From positions 1,054,001 through 1,118,000 of the forward strand of contig OX597830.1 in the NCBI GenBank assembly GCA_951406725.2: a stretch of DNA of 64,000 bases. The letters are read 5' to 3'. The translations under genes were made by a program, and so were the position numbers. The notes under the pieces were generated by a model. It had not been told where the DNA came from, ran no database searches, and saw only the letters and a program-made list of their open reading frames with translations. The stretch comes from Octopus vulgaris (Eukaryota). This document shows positions 30,512-45,516 of the stretch, piece after piece (the stretch's first letter is position 1; each line of letters begins with the position of its first letter).

Positions 30512-30601
<90 letters not shown>

Positions 30602-30620
30602 TATTATTTATATATATATG

Positions 30621-30655
<35 letters not shown>

Positions 30656-30660
30656 ATATG

Positions 30661-30711
<51 letters not shown>

Positions 30712-30714
30712 GTA

Positions 30715-30757
<43 letters not shown>

Positions 30758-30818
30758 ATATATATGTATATATATATGTGTATATATATATATATGTATA
30801 TATATATATCTATATGTG

Positions 30819-30849
<31 letters not shown>

Positions 30850-30910
30850 GTATATATATATACATATATATGTGTATATATATATATATATATGTAAATA
30901 TATATATATG

Positions 30911-30951
<41 letters not shown>

Positions 30952-30998
30952 CTATATATATATGTATATATATATATGTATATATATATATGTATATA

Positions 30999-31081
<83 letters not shown>

Positions 31082-31082
31082 G

Positions 31083-34000
31083 AATGGACACCGCCGGCAA
31101 CAACGTACACCTCACCTCGATACTCCTACTGAACATCAGAGGACTGCAAACACTCAGTAACAGGACAAAGATCCCGTTCCTGAGAGACTTTGTTGCATGC
31201 AATCAAGCCTTATGCATAGCACTTACAGAAACGCACCTGAAACCGGACATAGCAGATGCGGAGTTACACATACCACAGTATGCTGTACTACGGACCGACA
31301 GGAAAGAAAGGAGTCATGGAGGTGTTGCTATGTACATCCGTCAGGACCTCACACCCCAGGTCCTCTTGTCATACTCAAACTCGGTGTGTGACACACTAAT
31401 TGTACATATTAGGCAACTTGATGTAGTTGTGTGTGCTACATATCGCCCTCCAGATGCCCCTAAGCCATGTGGGCAAGTTCGAAGACTGCCTTATAAAAAT
31501 AGAAGAAATTCTAACCACATTAGAACAACACATAGGTGTGCTTCTTATGGGAGACATCAATCTGCCTGATGTCAGATGGCCCGAGGGCCTTTCTCTCCCA
31601 GGAATGACAAGATGTGAACGAGGACAGGCGAGGTCCCTCCTGAACCTCAGCAACACACTGTACATGGAGCAGGTAATACTCCAACCAACCAGGGCAGGTA
31701 ACACACTGGATCTCTGCTTCACAAATGACATGGATCTCATCCATAATGTGAAAGTGACACCGACAATACTCTCGGATCACAACATGATAGAGCTGACCAT
31801 GTACGGGCCAAAAGAGAGCACGGACATGCAGCCTACAAGAAACCTCAAAATCTTTCCAGCTTGAACTACCATAAGGCAAACTGGAAACAAATTGAGAAAG
31901 AGATCCTCAAACAAAACTGGCCTGAATGTCTCTCCTCGCCAGACATCGACGTGAAACTTCAACAATTCATGTCTGTAATGCAAGCCATATGCTACAAATG
32001 TGTCCCAGAGAGAAAGGCCACTGTACACAAGAACAAAATCCCCAGGGAGAGGAAAATTTTAATGAGACGGCGTACGAAATTTTCAAATCGCCTAAACAAA
32101 CAGATTGAAAGCAGTGAAAAGTCCCGCCTAAAAATAAAACTGTTGGAAATCGAAAAATGTCTGCAACTCTCCCATGAAAAAGAAAGAGCAGACAAAGAAG
32201 CCCGGGCTATAGAAAACATAAAATCTAACCCCAGAGCTTTCTACAGGTATGCCAAAGAAACAGCTACAGTGCACTGTAGAATAGGGCCACTCCTTGAAAA
32301 GGATGGCACACTTACAGGAAAACCAATGAGGGTAAGTGAAATACTGAATGAGCAATTCAAGAGTGTTTTCACTCCACCCCTTGGGCATCTCCAAATCACC
32401 AATCCAACTGACTTTTTTACCACTGCAGATATAAAATCAGAGGCGGCGACGATAGATTACATCGATATAAAGGAAGACGATGTAACCAAGGCTATAGATG
32501 AAATGAAAACAGACTCAGCTACTGGCCCCGATGGATTCCCGGCAATCCTCCTAAAAGCATGTAAGAGAGTCCTAGCAAGACCACTGCAGTTCCTCTTTCA
32601 GAGCTTCCTTGCAGCTGGCAAACTTCCAGGAAAACTGAAGGAAGGTAAAATATGCCCCATTCATAAAGGAGGTAGCAGAGCGGAAGCCAAGAACTATAGA
32701 CCTATCTCTCTGACCTCACACATCAGCAAGGTCATGGAACGAATAGTCAGAAGGAAGCTGATCACCTTCCTTGAAGAGAATGACTTGCTGCCCGACACCC
32801 AACATGGTTTCCGACCAGGGAGAAGCTGTTTAACTCAGCTCCTACAGCACTATGACTGGGTGCTGAAACGGCTGCTCAACCACTCAAATGTGGAAGTGAT
32901 ATATCTCGACTTTGCAAAGGCCTTTGATAAAGTCGATCATGGAATGATATGTCACAAACTGCGTGATCTCAACATAGTTGGAAAACTGGGAGAATGGCTT
33001 CATGACTTTCTGAAGGATAGAAGTCAGGTGGTAGTAGCCAATGGGGCCACCTCCTTTAACACACAAATAGTGAGCGGTGTTCCGCAGGGCACTGTTCTGG
33101 GACCACTACTGTTCATAATGGCCCTCTCAGACATGCCCTCAGCCACGCAGAGAGCCACGATCACAAGTTATGCAGATGATACAAAAGTCTCACAGGCAAT
33201 ACAGAACCCTGAGGACACTAAACACTTGCAATGTGAGCTGGACGAAATATACAAGTGGGCTGAAAAGAATAGCATGCAGTTCAATGCTGAAAAGTTTCAA
33301 GCTTTATACTATCAGCATGCAAAACTGAATGCAATACCCAATGAATACACTGGACCCGGAGGGATTGCAATCCCAGAGGCACAATCAGTGCGTGACCTGG
33401 GTATTCACATGAGTGATGACGCGACCTTTCATGTACATGTTGCTAAACTGACAATGAAATGTAGACGGCTGGCTGGATGGATTCTTAGAACCTTTAGAAC
33501 AAGAGAACAAGAAACCATGATGGTCCTCTGGAAGACACTTGTCCTAAGCCACTTTGACTATTGCTCTCAGCTATGGTCACCATCCAGTGTCAAGTTGATC
33601 ACAGAACTTGAGGCGATCCAACGAAGCTACACAAAGAAGATAGCCTCTATGCAGAATGTAAGCTCAGAATGAAAGACTCAAGTGATTAAAATTATATTCC
33701 CTGGAGCGTAGGCGGGAAAGATATGCCATAATATACATCTGGAAGATCCTGGAGGGAAGTGTCCTGAACTTTGGCATCGAGAGTTACGCAAATGCCAGAA
33801 CTGGGCGCCACTGCGTGGTGCCTAGGACTCCAGACCTGCCATCAAGATGTAGGACAAGATTCTGTGATAGCCTGGGCTTCCGAGGCCCACAGCTCTTCAA
33901 TATCCTCCCGAAGAACCTGAGAGACCTGCATGGGGTGGATACAGATGTCTTTAAAATGAAGCTGGATCTCTTCCTGTCAGGTGTCCCAGATGAACCAACT

Positions 34001-34165
34001 TCACGGCAGGAGGGGCAGATGAGGGCAGCTGCATCGAACTCTCTCATGCACCAAATAGCAGTTTCTAGAAAGCCTCCATGAAGTGAAACCAAGTAGCAAC
34101 ACCAAATGGCGGTGCCCCAGCATGGCCACAGCTCATAAGCTGAAACTAGAATCAATCAATCAATC
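31083..34165 (+). mobile_element. LINE family A, ORF2-length copy (EN-RT, frameshifted)
   Basis: Starts at MDTAGNNVH; RT ORF 31861-33672; (AATC)n tail. Confidence 0.95.
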
Positions 34166-34171
34166 ATATAC

Positions 34172-34351
<180 letters not shown>

Positions 34352-34476
34352 CAGCAAAATCAAGGAACGGCCATAATAGGCCAATCACCCACTAGAAATA
34401 ACAGCCAAGGCTTCAACCGCAAAACAACATCAATTCCGTAAACCAGGAGAAAATTAAAAAAACATTTACCCTGTAA

Positions 34477-34581
34477 TTCTTTATACGATGCACCGTTTCG
34501 TCTATTGTTTAATGGTAAACTAACCTGATTAAATTAAATCAAGCTAGTCTTCCATAGGCCGATAGATTCATCAGTAAAGAA
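34477..34581 (-). ncRNA. Type I hammerhead ribozyme with long stem II
   Basis: Reverse complement ttcttta-CTGATGA-atctat...atagac-GAAA-cggtgcatcg-TA-taaagaa; 7-bp stem I. Confidence 0.85.
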
Positions 34582-34959
34582 CGGCCAGATCGAAGCAGAT
34601 ATTTACACGAGGCACTTCCACCACTGTCTCAGCAATATCTGACCTAAAATTTTCAAATCATCGCACTCGCGCCAAATTTATCGGCAGCAAATATAAGCCG
34701 CCGATTCCATTACGGAATTAACCAGAAAATTCATAATTAATCAATATAGGGTGGCAAAAAATTTCGCAGAATTTTTTGCCACCAGCGGCCTAGTGGGAAA
34801 AAATTAAATAGTCATAGACCATTTATAAATTCAACAGCAAAATCAAGGAACGGCCATAATAGGCCATTCGCTTACTAGAAATAACAGCCAAGGCTTCAAC
34901 CGCAAAACAACATCAATTCCGTAAACCAGGAGAAAATTAAAAAAAACTTTACCCTGTAA

Positions 34960-35063
34960 TTCTTTATACGATGCACCGTTTCGTCTATTGTTTAATGGTA
35001 AACTAACCTGATTAAATTAAATCGAGCTAGTCTTCCATAGGCCGATAGATTCATCAGTAAAGT
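34960..35063 (-). ncRNA. Type I hammerhead ribozyme, second tandem copy
   Basis: Same as 34477-34581, 483 bp away. Confidence 0.82.
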
Positions 35064-35342
35064 ACGGCCAGATCGGAGCAGATATTTACACGAGGCACGT
35101 CCACCACTGTCTCAGCAATATCTGACCTAAAATTTTCAAATCATCGCACTCGCGCCAAATTTATCGGCAGCAAATATAAGCCGCCGATTCCATTACGGAA
35201 TTAACCAGACAATTCATAATTAATCAATATAGGGTGGCAAAAAATTTCGCAGAATTTTTTGCCACCAGCGGCCTAGTGGCAAAAAATAAAAAGGTCATAG
35301 ACCATTTATAAATTCAACAGCAAAATGAAGGAACGGCCATAA

Positions 35343-35442
35343 TACTGATGAATCTATCGGCCTATGGAAGACTAGCTTGATTTAATTTAATCAGGTTAGT
35401 TTACCATTAAACAATAGACGAAACCGTGCATCGTATAAAGAA
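35343..35442 (+). ncRNA. Hammerhead copy in the inverted segment, 5' arm of stem I truncated
   Basis: ta CTGATGA atctat...atagac GAAA ccgtgcatcg TA taaagaa. Confidence 0.6.
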
Positions 35443-35665
35443 TTACAGGGTAAAGGTTTTTTTAATTTTCTTCTGGTTTACGGAATCGATGTTGTTTTGC
35501 GGTTGAAGCCTTGGCTGTTATTTCTAGTGGGTGAATGGCCTATTATGGCCGTTCCTTGATTTTGCTGTTGAATTTATAAATGGTCTATGACTATTTAATT
35601 TTTTTCCCACTAGGCCGCTGGAGGCAAAAAATTCTGCGAAATTTTTTGCCACCCTATATTGATTA

Positions 35666-35857
<192 letters not shown>

Positions 35858-35884
35858 GTATATATATATATGTATATGTATATG

Positions 35885-35951
<67 letters not shown>

Positions 35952-36036
35952 ATATATATATGTATATATATGTATATATGTATATACATATATATGTATA
36001 TATATATATGTATATATGTATATATATATATGTGTA

Positions 36037-36069
<33 letters not shown>

Positions 36070-36078
36070 ATATATATG

Positions 36079-36109
<31 letters not shown>

Positions 36110-36144
36110 GTATATATGTATATATATATATATGTATATATATA

Positions 36145-36309
36145 TATTCCCTGGAGCGTAGGCGGGAAAGATATGCCATAATATAAATCTGGAAGATCCT
36201 GGAATGACGTGTCCTGAACTTTGGCATCGAGAGTTACGCAGCGTTAATTCTAAATGGCGGTGTCCCAGCATGGCCACAGCTCATAAGCTGAAACTAGAAT
36301 CATTCAATC

Positions 36310-36310
<1 letters not shown>
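36145..36310 (+). mobile_element. LINE family A, very short internally deleted 3' fragment
   Basis: [13 protein letters not shown] segment joined through filler gcgttaattct to the 3' UTR aaatggcggtg...; aatcattcaatc tail. Confidence 0.88.
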
Positions 36311-36399
<89 letters not shown>

Positions 36400-36404
36400 G
36401 TATA

Positions 36405-36439
<35 letters not shown>

Positions 36440-36446
36440 ACATATG

Positions 36447-36487
<41 letters not shown>

Positions 36488-36490
<3 letters not shown>

Positions 36491-37674
36491 TGATTGATTG
36501 ATTCTAGTTTCAGCTTATGAGCTGTGGCCATACTGGGGCACCGCCATTTGGTGTTGCTACTTGGTTTCACTTCACGAAAGCTTTCTAGCAACTGCCATTT
36601 GGTGCATGTGAGAGTTCGATGCAGCTGCCCTCATCTGCCCCTCCTGCCGTGAAGTTGGTTCATCTGGGACACCTGACAGGAAGAGATCCAGCTTCATTTG
36701 AATGACATCTGCATCCTCCCCATGGAGGTCTCTCAGGTTCTTCGGGAGGATATTGAAGAGCTGTGGGCCTCGGAAGCCCAGGCTATCACAGAATCTTGTC
36801 CTACATCTTGATGGCAAGTTTGGAGTTCTAGGCACCACGCAGTGGCGCCCAGTTCTGGCATTTGCGTAACTCTCGATGTTACAACTTCCAGATGTATATT
36901 ATGGCATATCTTTCCCGCCTACACTCCCGGGAATATAGTTTTAATCTCTTGAGTCTTTCCCAGTAGCTTACATTCTGCATAGAGGCTATCTTCTTCGTGT
37001 AGCTACGTTGGATCGTCTCGAGCTCTGTGATCAACTTGACACTGGATGGTGACCATAACTGAGAGCAGTAGACAAAGTGGCTTAGGACAAGTGTCCTCCA
37101 GAGGACCATCATGTTTTCTTGTTCTCTTGTTCTAAAGGTTCTGAGGATCCATCCGGCCAGTCGTCTACATTTCATTGCCAATTTAGCAACATGTACACGA
37201 AAGGTCGCGTCATCACTCATGTAAATACCTAGGTCACGCACTGATTGTGCCTCTGGGATTGCTATTCCTCCGGGTCCAGTGTATTCATTGGGTATTGCAT
37301 TTAGTTTTGCATGCTGATAGTATAGAGCTTGAAACTTTTCAGCATTGAAATGCATGCTATTCCTTTCGGCCCACTTGTATATTTTGTCTAGCTCACATTT
37401 CCATTTTTCCTTTTCATTGGAGAGTTGCAGTCAGTTTTCAATTTCCAACAGTTTCATTTTCAGGCGGGACTTTTCACTGCTTTCAATTTGTTTGTTTAGG
37501 CGATTTGAGATTTTGTCCGCCGTCTCATTAGAATTTTCCTCTCTCTGGGGATTTTGATCTTGTGTATAGTGGCCTTTCTCTCTGGGACTTTTTGTAGCAT
37601 ATGACTTGCATTACAGACATGAATTGTTGAAGATTCATGTCGGTTTCAGGCGAGGAGAAACATTCAGGCCAGTT

Positions 37675-37676
<2 letters not shown>
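36488..37676 (-). mobile_element. LINE family A, diverged copy with internal deletions
   Basis: ORFs 36572-36838 and 36879-37355; junction ~37398 joins the RT C-terminus to the EN-RT linker; (GATT)n tail. Confidence 0.9.
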
Positions 37677-37751
<75 letters not shown>

Positions 37752-37924
37752 TACATATATATATACATATATATATATATACATATGTACATATATATAT
37801 ATACATATATACATATATATATTTATACATATATACATATATATATAGATATATATACATATATATATTTACATATATACATATATATATATACATATAT
37901 ACATATATATATACATATATATAC

Positions 37925-37955
<31 letters not shown>

Positions 37956-38058
37956 CATATATATATATACATATACATATATATACGCATATATATATAC
38001 ATATACATATATATATACATATACATATATATATACATATACATAAATATATATACAC

Positions 38059-38089
<31 letters not shown>

Positions 38090-38405
38090 CACATATATAT
38101 ACACACACATATATATATACACACACATATATATATATACACACATATATATATATACTCACATATATATATATATACACATATATATATATAATATATA
38201 TATATACATATATATATATATACATATACATATATATATACATATATATATATATACATATACATATATATATACATATATATATATATACATATATATA
38301 TATACATATATATACATATATACATATATACATATATATACATATATGCATATATATACATATATACATATATATGCATATTTATACATATATATATATA
38401 CATAT

Positions 38406-38437
<32 letters not shown>

Positions 38438-38450
38438 CATTTATATATAC

Positions 38451-38483
<33 letters not shown>

Positions 38484-38502
38484 CATATATATATACATAT
38501 AC

Positions 38503-38536
<34 letters not shown>

Positions 38537-38591
38537 ATATACATATACATATATATATATATACATATATACATATACATATATATATACA

Positions 38592-38733
38592 TTTCTTTCT
38601 CTTATGTTTCCGACGAAGAGCTCCGCTCGAAACGTCATACCCTCCTCTTCCATTTTCCTGAGCGCCTAATAATAATAATAATACTGTAATTGTTCCACGT
38701 GTTGTTGTTTTTTTTTTTTTCCCGTTTGGATTA

Positions 38734-38737
<4 letters not shown>
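38592..38737 (+). mobile_element. Penelope-like terminal-repeat remnant related to 5043-5200, with hammerhead variant (38603-38640)
   Basis: CCGACGA-a-gagc tcc gctc-GAAA-cg-TC; downstream ttcctgagcgcc...aattgtt matches reverse complement of 5098-5128. Confidence 0.65.
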
Positions 38738-38825
<88 letters not shown>

Positions 38826-38895
38826 AGCAAATATTAGGGAATAAATCCAAATTTACAGGGAAAAATCAGATTTATGATTGAATCCAATTTTATAG

Positions 38896-39011
38896 TAATA
38901 TTAATTAGAGACAAAACCACTATTATGCAAATCAAACAAAGAAAGACTTAATCCAATACATAAAAAATTTCTTTGATTTGCATAATAGTGTTTTTTCTCT
39001 AATTAATATTA
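38896..39011. repeat. ~40-bp inverted repeat in a ~190-bp island within (TA)n
   Basis: taatattaattagagacaaaaccactattatgcaaatcaaa vs tttgatttgcataatagtgttttttctctaattaatatta. Confidence 0.75.
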
Positions 39012-39069
39012 TATATATACATATAATTATATACATATGCATATATACATATATATATATATACATATC

Positions 39070-39128
<59 letters not shown>

Positions 39129-39204
39129 TTGTATATATATATACATATATATATGTATATATATATATATGTATATATACATATATATATATATGTATAT
39201 ATAC

Positions 39205-39292
<88 letters not shown>

Positions 39293-39402
39293 GTATATAC
39301 ATATATATGTATATATATATGTATATATATGTATATATATATGTATATATATGTATTTATATATGTTTATATGTATATATATATATGTATATATATATGT
39401 AT

Positions 39403-39958
39403 ATTGATTGATTGATTGATTCTAGTTTCAGCTCATGAGCTGTGACTATGCTTGGGCACCGCCATTTGGTGTTGCTACATGGTTTTACTTCACGAAAGCT
39501 TTTTAGCAACTGCCATTTGGTGTATGAGAGAGTTCGATGCAGCTGCCCTCATCTGCACCTCCTGCCGTGAAGTTGGTTCATCTGGGACACCTGACAGGAA
39601 GAGATCCAGTTTCATTTTAAAGACATCTGCATCCACCCCTTGCAGGTCTCTCAGGTTCTTCGGGAGGATATTGAAGAGCTGTGGGCCTCGGAAGCCCAGG
39701 CTATCACAGTATCTTGTCCTACATCTTGATGGCACATTTGGAGTACTAGGCACCACGCAGTAGCTCACAGTTCTGGCATTTGTGTAACTCTCGATGCCAA
39801 AGTTTGGGACAAGTCCCTCCAGGATCTTCCAGATGTATATTATGGCATATCTTTCCCGCCTACGCTCCAAGGAATATAGTTTTAACTCTTGAGTCTTTCC
39901 CGGTAGCTTACATTCTGCATAGAGGCTATCTTCTTCGTGTAGCTACGTTGGATCGCCT

Positions 39959-39961
<3 letters not shown>
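39403..39961 (-). mobile_element. LINE family A, 5'-truncated 3' end
   Basis: [18 protein letters not shown]...VPDEP; (GATT)n tail. Confidence 0.92.
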
Positions 39962-40012
<51 letters not shown>

Positions 40013-40027
40013 GTATATATATATATG

Positions 40028-40058
<31 letters not shown>

Positions 40059-40079
40059 GTATATATATGTATATATATG

Positions 40080-40113
<34 letters not shown>

Positions 40114-40118
40114 TATAT

Positions 40119-40204
<86 letters not shown>

Positions 40205-40214
40205 TATATATACG

Positions 40215-40245
<31 letters not shown>

Positions 40246-40264
40246 GTATATATATATATGTATT

Positions 40265-40300
<36 letters not shown>

Positions 40301-40313
40301 TATAAATATATAC

Positions 40314-41918
40314 GAAAGATGGTTTGAAAATGCAATTTTAAAAGATGTTTATTTACTTTACCGGTTTCACTCTTTGGAAAAAGATTTTCAAAAGTAACAC
40401 GTAAAAGTTTGGTTGCGTTAATTATTGTTTGTTACAAAATGCTACATTATATATATACAGTCGTTGGTAACACGAACACGTTAAGGGCATAAAAAAGTTT
40501 AACATGTTCCTTAAATATTGGGCACAAAAGATTACAACATAAATATGCATTCTCAAGAACATATTAAAGATAGTTTCTAGAAGGAATAATTAAAAAGTTC
40601 AGTGGTATATTGGTATTGTATCTGTATATTCACACACGCACAGAATATTGGTTGTCACAGTGTACTACAATACATATATATACATTCTTTGGTGACAAGA
40701 GCATATTAAGGATATAAAAATTTTTAACAAGTTCATTGATATATTGGACAAATAGATTACAACAAACATATACATTCTCAAGATAATTTCTAGAAGGAAT
40801 TATTAAAAACTTCAGTAGAATATTGGTATACACGCACAGAATATGAGTTCAAAAAGGTTTACATTATACTAGTAGGGTAGCTAACACTGACCTGTCCACC
40901 TTGTTAACGTAAAAGAATATTATCTATTTCAAGGGACATTGTAGGTGTGTTTGGGTGGGGGGAAGGAGGAGTAATGTTGAACTGAAAATAATTTCTCCTT
41001 TTTGTCTCTCCTTCATGCATCAATGATTTGGGGGATTGGTCTTTAAGGGTCAGAATTGTTCGAGTGTGTGTGTATATACATATGTGGTGTGAATAGATGT
41101 ATCTGTGTGTTTGTAAAATCTAGTAGGATGGTGTGTGTATATGTGTGCCCGTTTGTCAACCGTGTGTGCGATTGTCTTGGTGTTGTGTGTGTGTGTGTGT
41201 ATTTATGTATGTGTGTGATTGGCATTTGGCATGGTGCTGCGTGTGTATATGTGTCTGTATGAAGGTCAGAATGGTGTGAGTGTAAGTGTATTTGTGTGTG
41301 TGTGTATATATATATGTATACATGTGTTTGTGTGTGTGTGTGGGGGGCTGTTTTTGATTGGTTCTAGGGTCCATTGTGGTGTAAATAGATGTCTGTTTTT
41401 TAAAATTTGGTAGGACGGTGTGTGTATATGTGTGCCCGTATGTGTGTGTGTATGTGTGTGGTTAATGTTTGTTAGTGTGTTGCGTGTGCGTTAGTGTGTA
41501 TGTGTTTGTTCGTATGTGTGTCCATGTCTGTTGGGTGTATCTGTGTGACGTGTGTGTGTGTGTATATGCGTTTTGTGTGCGTTGGTATTGAGTATGTGTT
41601 TGTGTGTGTGCGGATATATGGTGTGAGTGTATGTGTCTTCGTGTGTGTGTGTATATATATATATATATACATGTGTTTGTGTATGTTTGGGCTGTTTTTG
41701 AATGGTCCCAGGGTCCATTGTAGTGTAAATAGATGTGTGTTTTTTAGAAATTTGGTAGGATGTTGTGTGTATATGTGTGCCCGTTTGTCAACCGTGTGTG
41801 TGATTGTTTTGGTGTTGTGTGTGTGTGTATGTATGTGTGTGATTGGCATTTGGCATGGTGCTTCGTGTGTATATGTGTGTCTGTATGGAGATCAGAATGG
41901 TGTGAGTGTGTGTGTCTT

Positions 41919-41989
<71 letters not shown>

Positions 41990-43425
41990 ACATGTGTTTG
42001 TGTGTAGGGGGACTGTTTTTGATTGGTCCCAGGGTCCATTGTGATGTAAATAGATGTGTGTTGGGTTTGTCTGGGTGGCGTGTGTGTGTTTATGCGTTTT
42101 GTGTGTGTTGGTATTGAGTATGTGTTTGTGTGTGTGCGTATATATGTTGCGAGTGTGTGTGTCTTTGTGTGCTTGTTTTGGATGTGTGCCTGGGGGTAAG
42201 TTAGAGTATATTTAGTTGTGGTCTGTATTTTTGAATAAGATTATTTTTCATATTTATTCGTGTTTGGTCTGTGGTGTTGTCCGGGCATTGGTATAGTGTG
42301 GAAACTAAGAATTTGGGGGACTTATTGTGTGCACAGAGGCCTAAGTGTCCACTAAGTGGTATCTGTCTTGTGGTGGGGTCCCTCAGTTGTTGGTGGTGAA
42401 CTGTCGTCCTTTCTCTGAGGGTAAGGCTTGTTTGCCCTATGTAGTCTTCGTGGCACTCTTCACACCTTATGACATAGAGTAAATTTTTTGATGCGCAGGT
42501 GAAATTATTTTTTATGATAAAGGTGTGTCCTGACTGGAACTTGTACATCGATCCCTCAATGAGGTGGATGCAAGTCCTGCCATTGGAACGACCACATTTT
42601 TTGACGGTGGGCGGTGGGTTTGTGTTGTGTAATTTTGCGTTGGTGAGTAGGTTTGTTAGTGATTGAGGTTGTCTCTTACTTTTTATTATTTTATGAGCTG
42701 CGAGTAATTTTTTTAGGCGTGGGTCTTGATTTAGCTGTGGAATGTTGTATAATGGATGTCAGTTTCAATGTTGACGCCTTTTTTAATTATTAGAATGTCA
42801 AGAAAAGGGAGTTGGTCCAGACTATATTCCATTGTGAATTGGATGTGGTTATTTACAGTGTTGATAAGGTTTTTGAAGTCAATAAGTTGGTTGAGTGTGT
42901 GGGACCATAGGATGAGGCAATCATCTAAGTAGCGTTTCCAGTTCTCCAACATGTATTTGTGGAAAGACTGGCCGTACTTATATTTGGATTTTTCATAAAT
43001 ATGTTATTCCAGGTAGGCCATCACCAGGCTTGCACAGGTAGGGGCAACTTTCGTACCCATTGCAGTTCCTGAAACCTGTCTGTAAGTGTTATTATTAAAA
43101 TTCATAAAGTTGTTTTGCAGAATAAATTTGAGGCCCTCAATGATGAATTCTTTTTTTATTCTTTCCGGGATCTCATTGGGATATTTATCCAGCCAGAATT
43201 TAATGGCTTCCAGTCCATATTCATGTGGGATCGTAGTGTAAAGGTTTATTACATCAAAGGAGACGATTAAAGTATCTTTATCGGTATGTTTGGGGAGATG
43301 ATTTAATAGGTCCAGGTCATCTCTTCCAATACTTGGAATGTGTTTCAGTATTGGTTTTAGGATGATATCGATAAAGTTGCTAAGTCTATGTGTTTCACAG
43401 CTTGGGCCAGCCACTATTTGTCTCA

Positions 43426-43427
<2 letters not shown>
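40314..43427 (-). mobile_element. Penelope-like element (probably Neptune-type), decayed, with long CA/GT-rich repeated 3' region
   Basis: RT SFDVINLYTTIP, GTAMGTKVAP, RYLDDC, FLDILI; GIY-YIG NLLYVIRC..C...YIGQT (42201-42548); degenerate hammerhead 40353-40397. Confidence 0.9.
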
Positions 43428-43471
<44 letters not shown>

Positions 43472-44671
43472 CATACAACTACATATACGTGTGTGTATGT
43501 GTGTGCTTATGTAGTCACTGTGTATCCGGACCTAAGCAACGAAAGCAATTACTTTCTACTCGGAGTCTGTTAGAATAATATCTTGTCTGTTTTTCATTTA
43601 TTTCTTTTACTGTTTTATACATCAATAGCACTAGAAAATTGATTTTCTTAATAAAACTTAGGAATATGACACATGTGTCGGACACAAAGTGACATTTACT
43701 TGGTAGTAATAATGTCGGTAGTGAAGTAACAATTTACCGATAATGTGTTAAGTAAACGGTATGTCAGAGAGCAAATGCAAGACAAAACGTAACGTGTGTA
43801 GCAAAATATTTGAATTTACATTCATTAGAATATCTGAAATTATCAAATATATTTAGTTTGAAACCAATAACTTGGGATAATTGATCTGCATTAAAGATAT
43901 AAGAATATGTAAATTGGTAATTTTATAAATATGAAAATAAATGAAATGTACTTCTAACGAAACGTATTTTTAATTCAGTTTGAAATGAGTGAATGAAGTT
44001 AGAGACAAGCCATGTCTTGTGAACTTTTGTGACAAAAAAATGTCGACGTTCAGATGAAATTAGATTATTTATAAACAGAATATTACGCAATTGTTTAATG
44101 ATTGAATTATGATGTTCTTGTTGTTATTGTGTTAGTAGGGGAGGGTGTGATGATGGGGTTAGTGATAATGTTGATATTGTTGTGATGGGGCTGGTGGTGA
44201 TACATGTGACGGCAATGGATGTCGTAGTGTTTATGTGGAGGAGGTCGAATCAGTGTTTGTGAATGGACGTTGCTGCTTTTTTTCTCTCATTGATATTTCT
44301 CTGTTGATGTAAAGATAAAGGAAAGTATACTCTGACTTGGTGTATACCTCAAAGTGTTATCATCTCAGAGTGTTGTTATAATTTTATAATCATATGTTAT
44401 GTATATGTTCTGCCTGTCTCTCTGTTTGTCTGTGTGACCGTGTGCTTGTATGTATGCATGTTACATATACAAATATTCTGGGATTGAACAAATATGAAAC
44501 AATAAGCGCGTGGATTTGATTCTATTCTATTTAGGTGATATTTTGGCTGATGTCATTGTTGAAAATCAAATATGTATCTATAGTAAACGGGATGAGTTGA
44601 GGGAAGAAGTTTTAAAATAAGGCGTCACCCGTATGTTGAAATATGTGTTGTCTAGGGTATCAGATATGATA

Positions 44672-45060
44672 TCTTTATATACATAAAACTGAGAATGTGT
44701 GTCTGTCTGTCTGTGTGTTACCCTAAAACTTGAGAACTACACAACTAATTTCATTCAAATTTTACACATGCCTTACTTAGGGTCCGGGGAGTGTCATCGG
44801 CAAACATTTTAAAAACTTTTTTCCCAGGGTGAGCCCACAGCAATATCATATCTTCTCCACTACGATTCCCTAAAACTTGAGAAATACACAACCAATTTCA
44901 TTCAAATTTTACACATGCCTTACTTAGGGTCCATGTAGTTTCATGGGCAAACAAATGTTCAACTTCTTGCCTAGAGTGAACCCATAGCAATATCATATCT
45001 TCTCCACTATTTCAGTATTACGTGTTAAAAGTGAAACAAAATCATTTCTCTATTTTATGT
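44672..45060 (+). mobile_element. Non-autonomous Helitron-like 5' end (duplicated at ~47479-47870) with internal ~140-bp direct repeat
   Basis: a|TCtttatatacataaaa...gtctgtctgtctgt...ttcattcaaattttacaca, typical of invertebrate non-autonomous Helitron 5' termini. Confidence 0.5.
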
Positions 45061-45516
45061 CAGATACTTTCACTTTAACAATAAAAATAATAATAACAAT
45101 TAAATTATATGTAGTAAGTAATAATTAAAATCAAACTAAAGTATAATATAATCGTAAAATAACAAAAGTAAAAATAGCAATTGGCATAAAATTGCATCAA
45201 TGATTTGAACTTGAATAAGTGGTTTCACATGAATGGGAATAAATTAAAAATAAAATTAGCGTGCAGAAATGGAATAGTCCAGATGGATAATAAAAAATTA
45301 AATTAAAGAAAAAACTATTGTCTATAAAGTATACAATGTAGAGGAAAAAAGGTCGCGTTTTTTTGCGCTCTGTAAAATTCGGTAAAAAAGAACAAAAAGC
45401 GTTGTTGTTGTTGTGGAAATTCTGAACGGCGTTGACGCGGTTTCGCGTTTCGCTCGTTCGGCGCGTTGCACTTTTTCTGTTTTGGCGGCCGTTTTCGGTC
45501 TGTCAGACAGAAGGAA

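Noticed and set aside
41043-42117. His/Thr- and Cys/Val-rich ORFs
   Set aside because: (CA)/(GT)-rich repeated 3' region of the Penelope-like element
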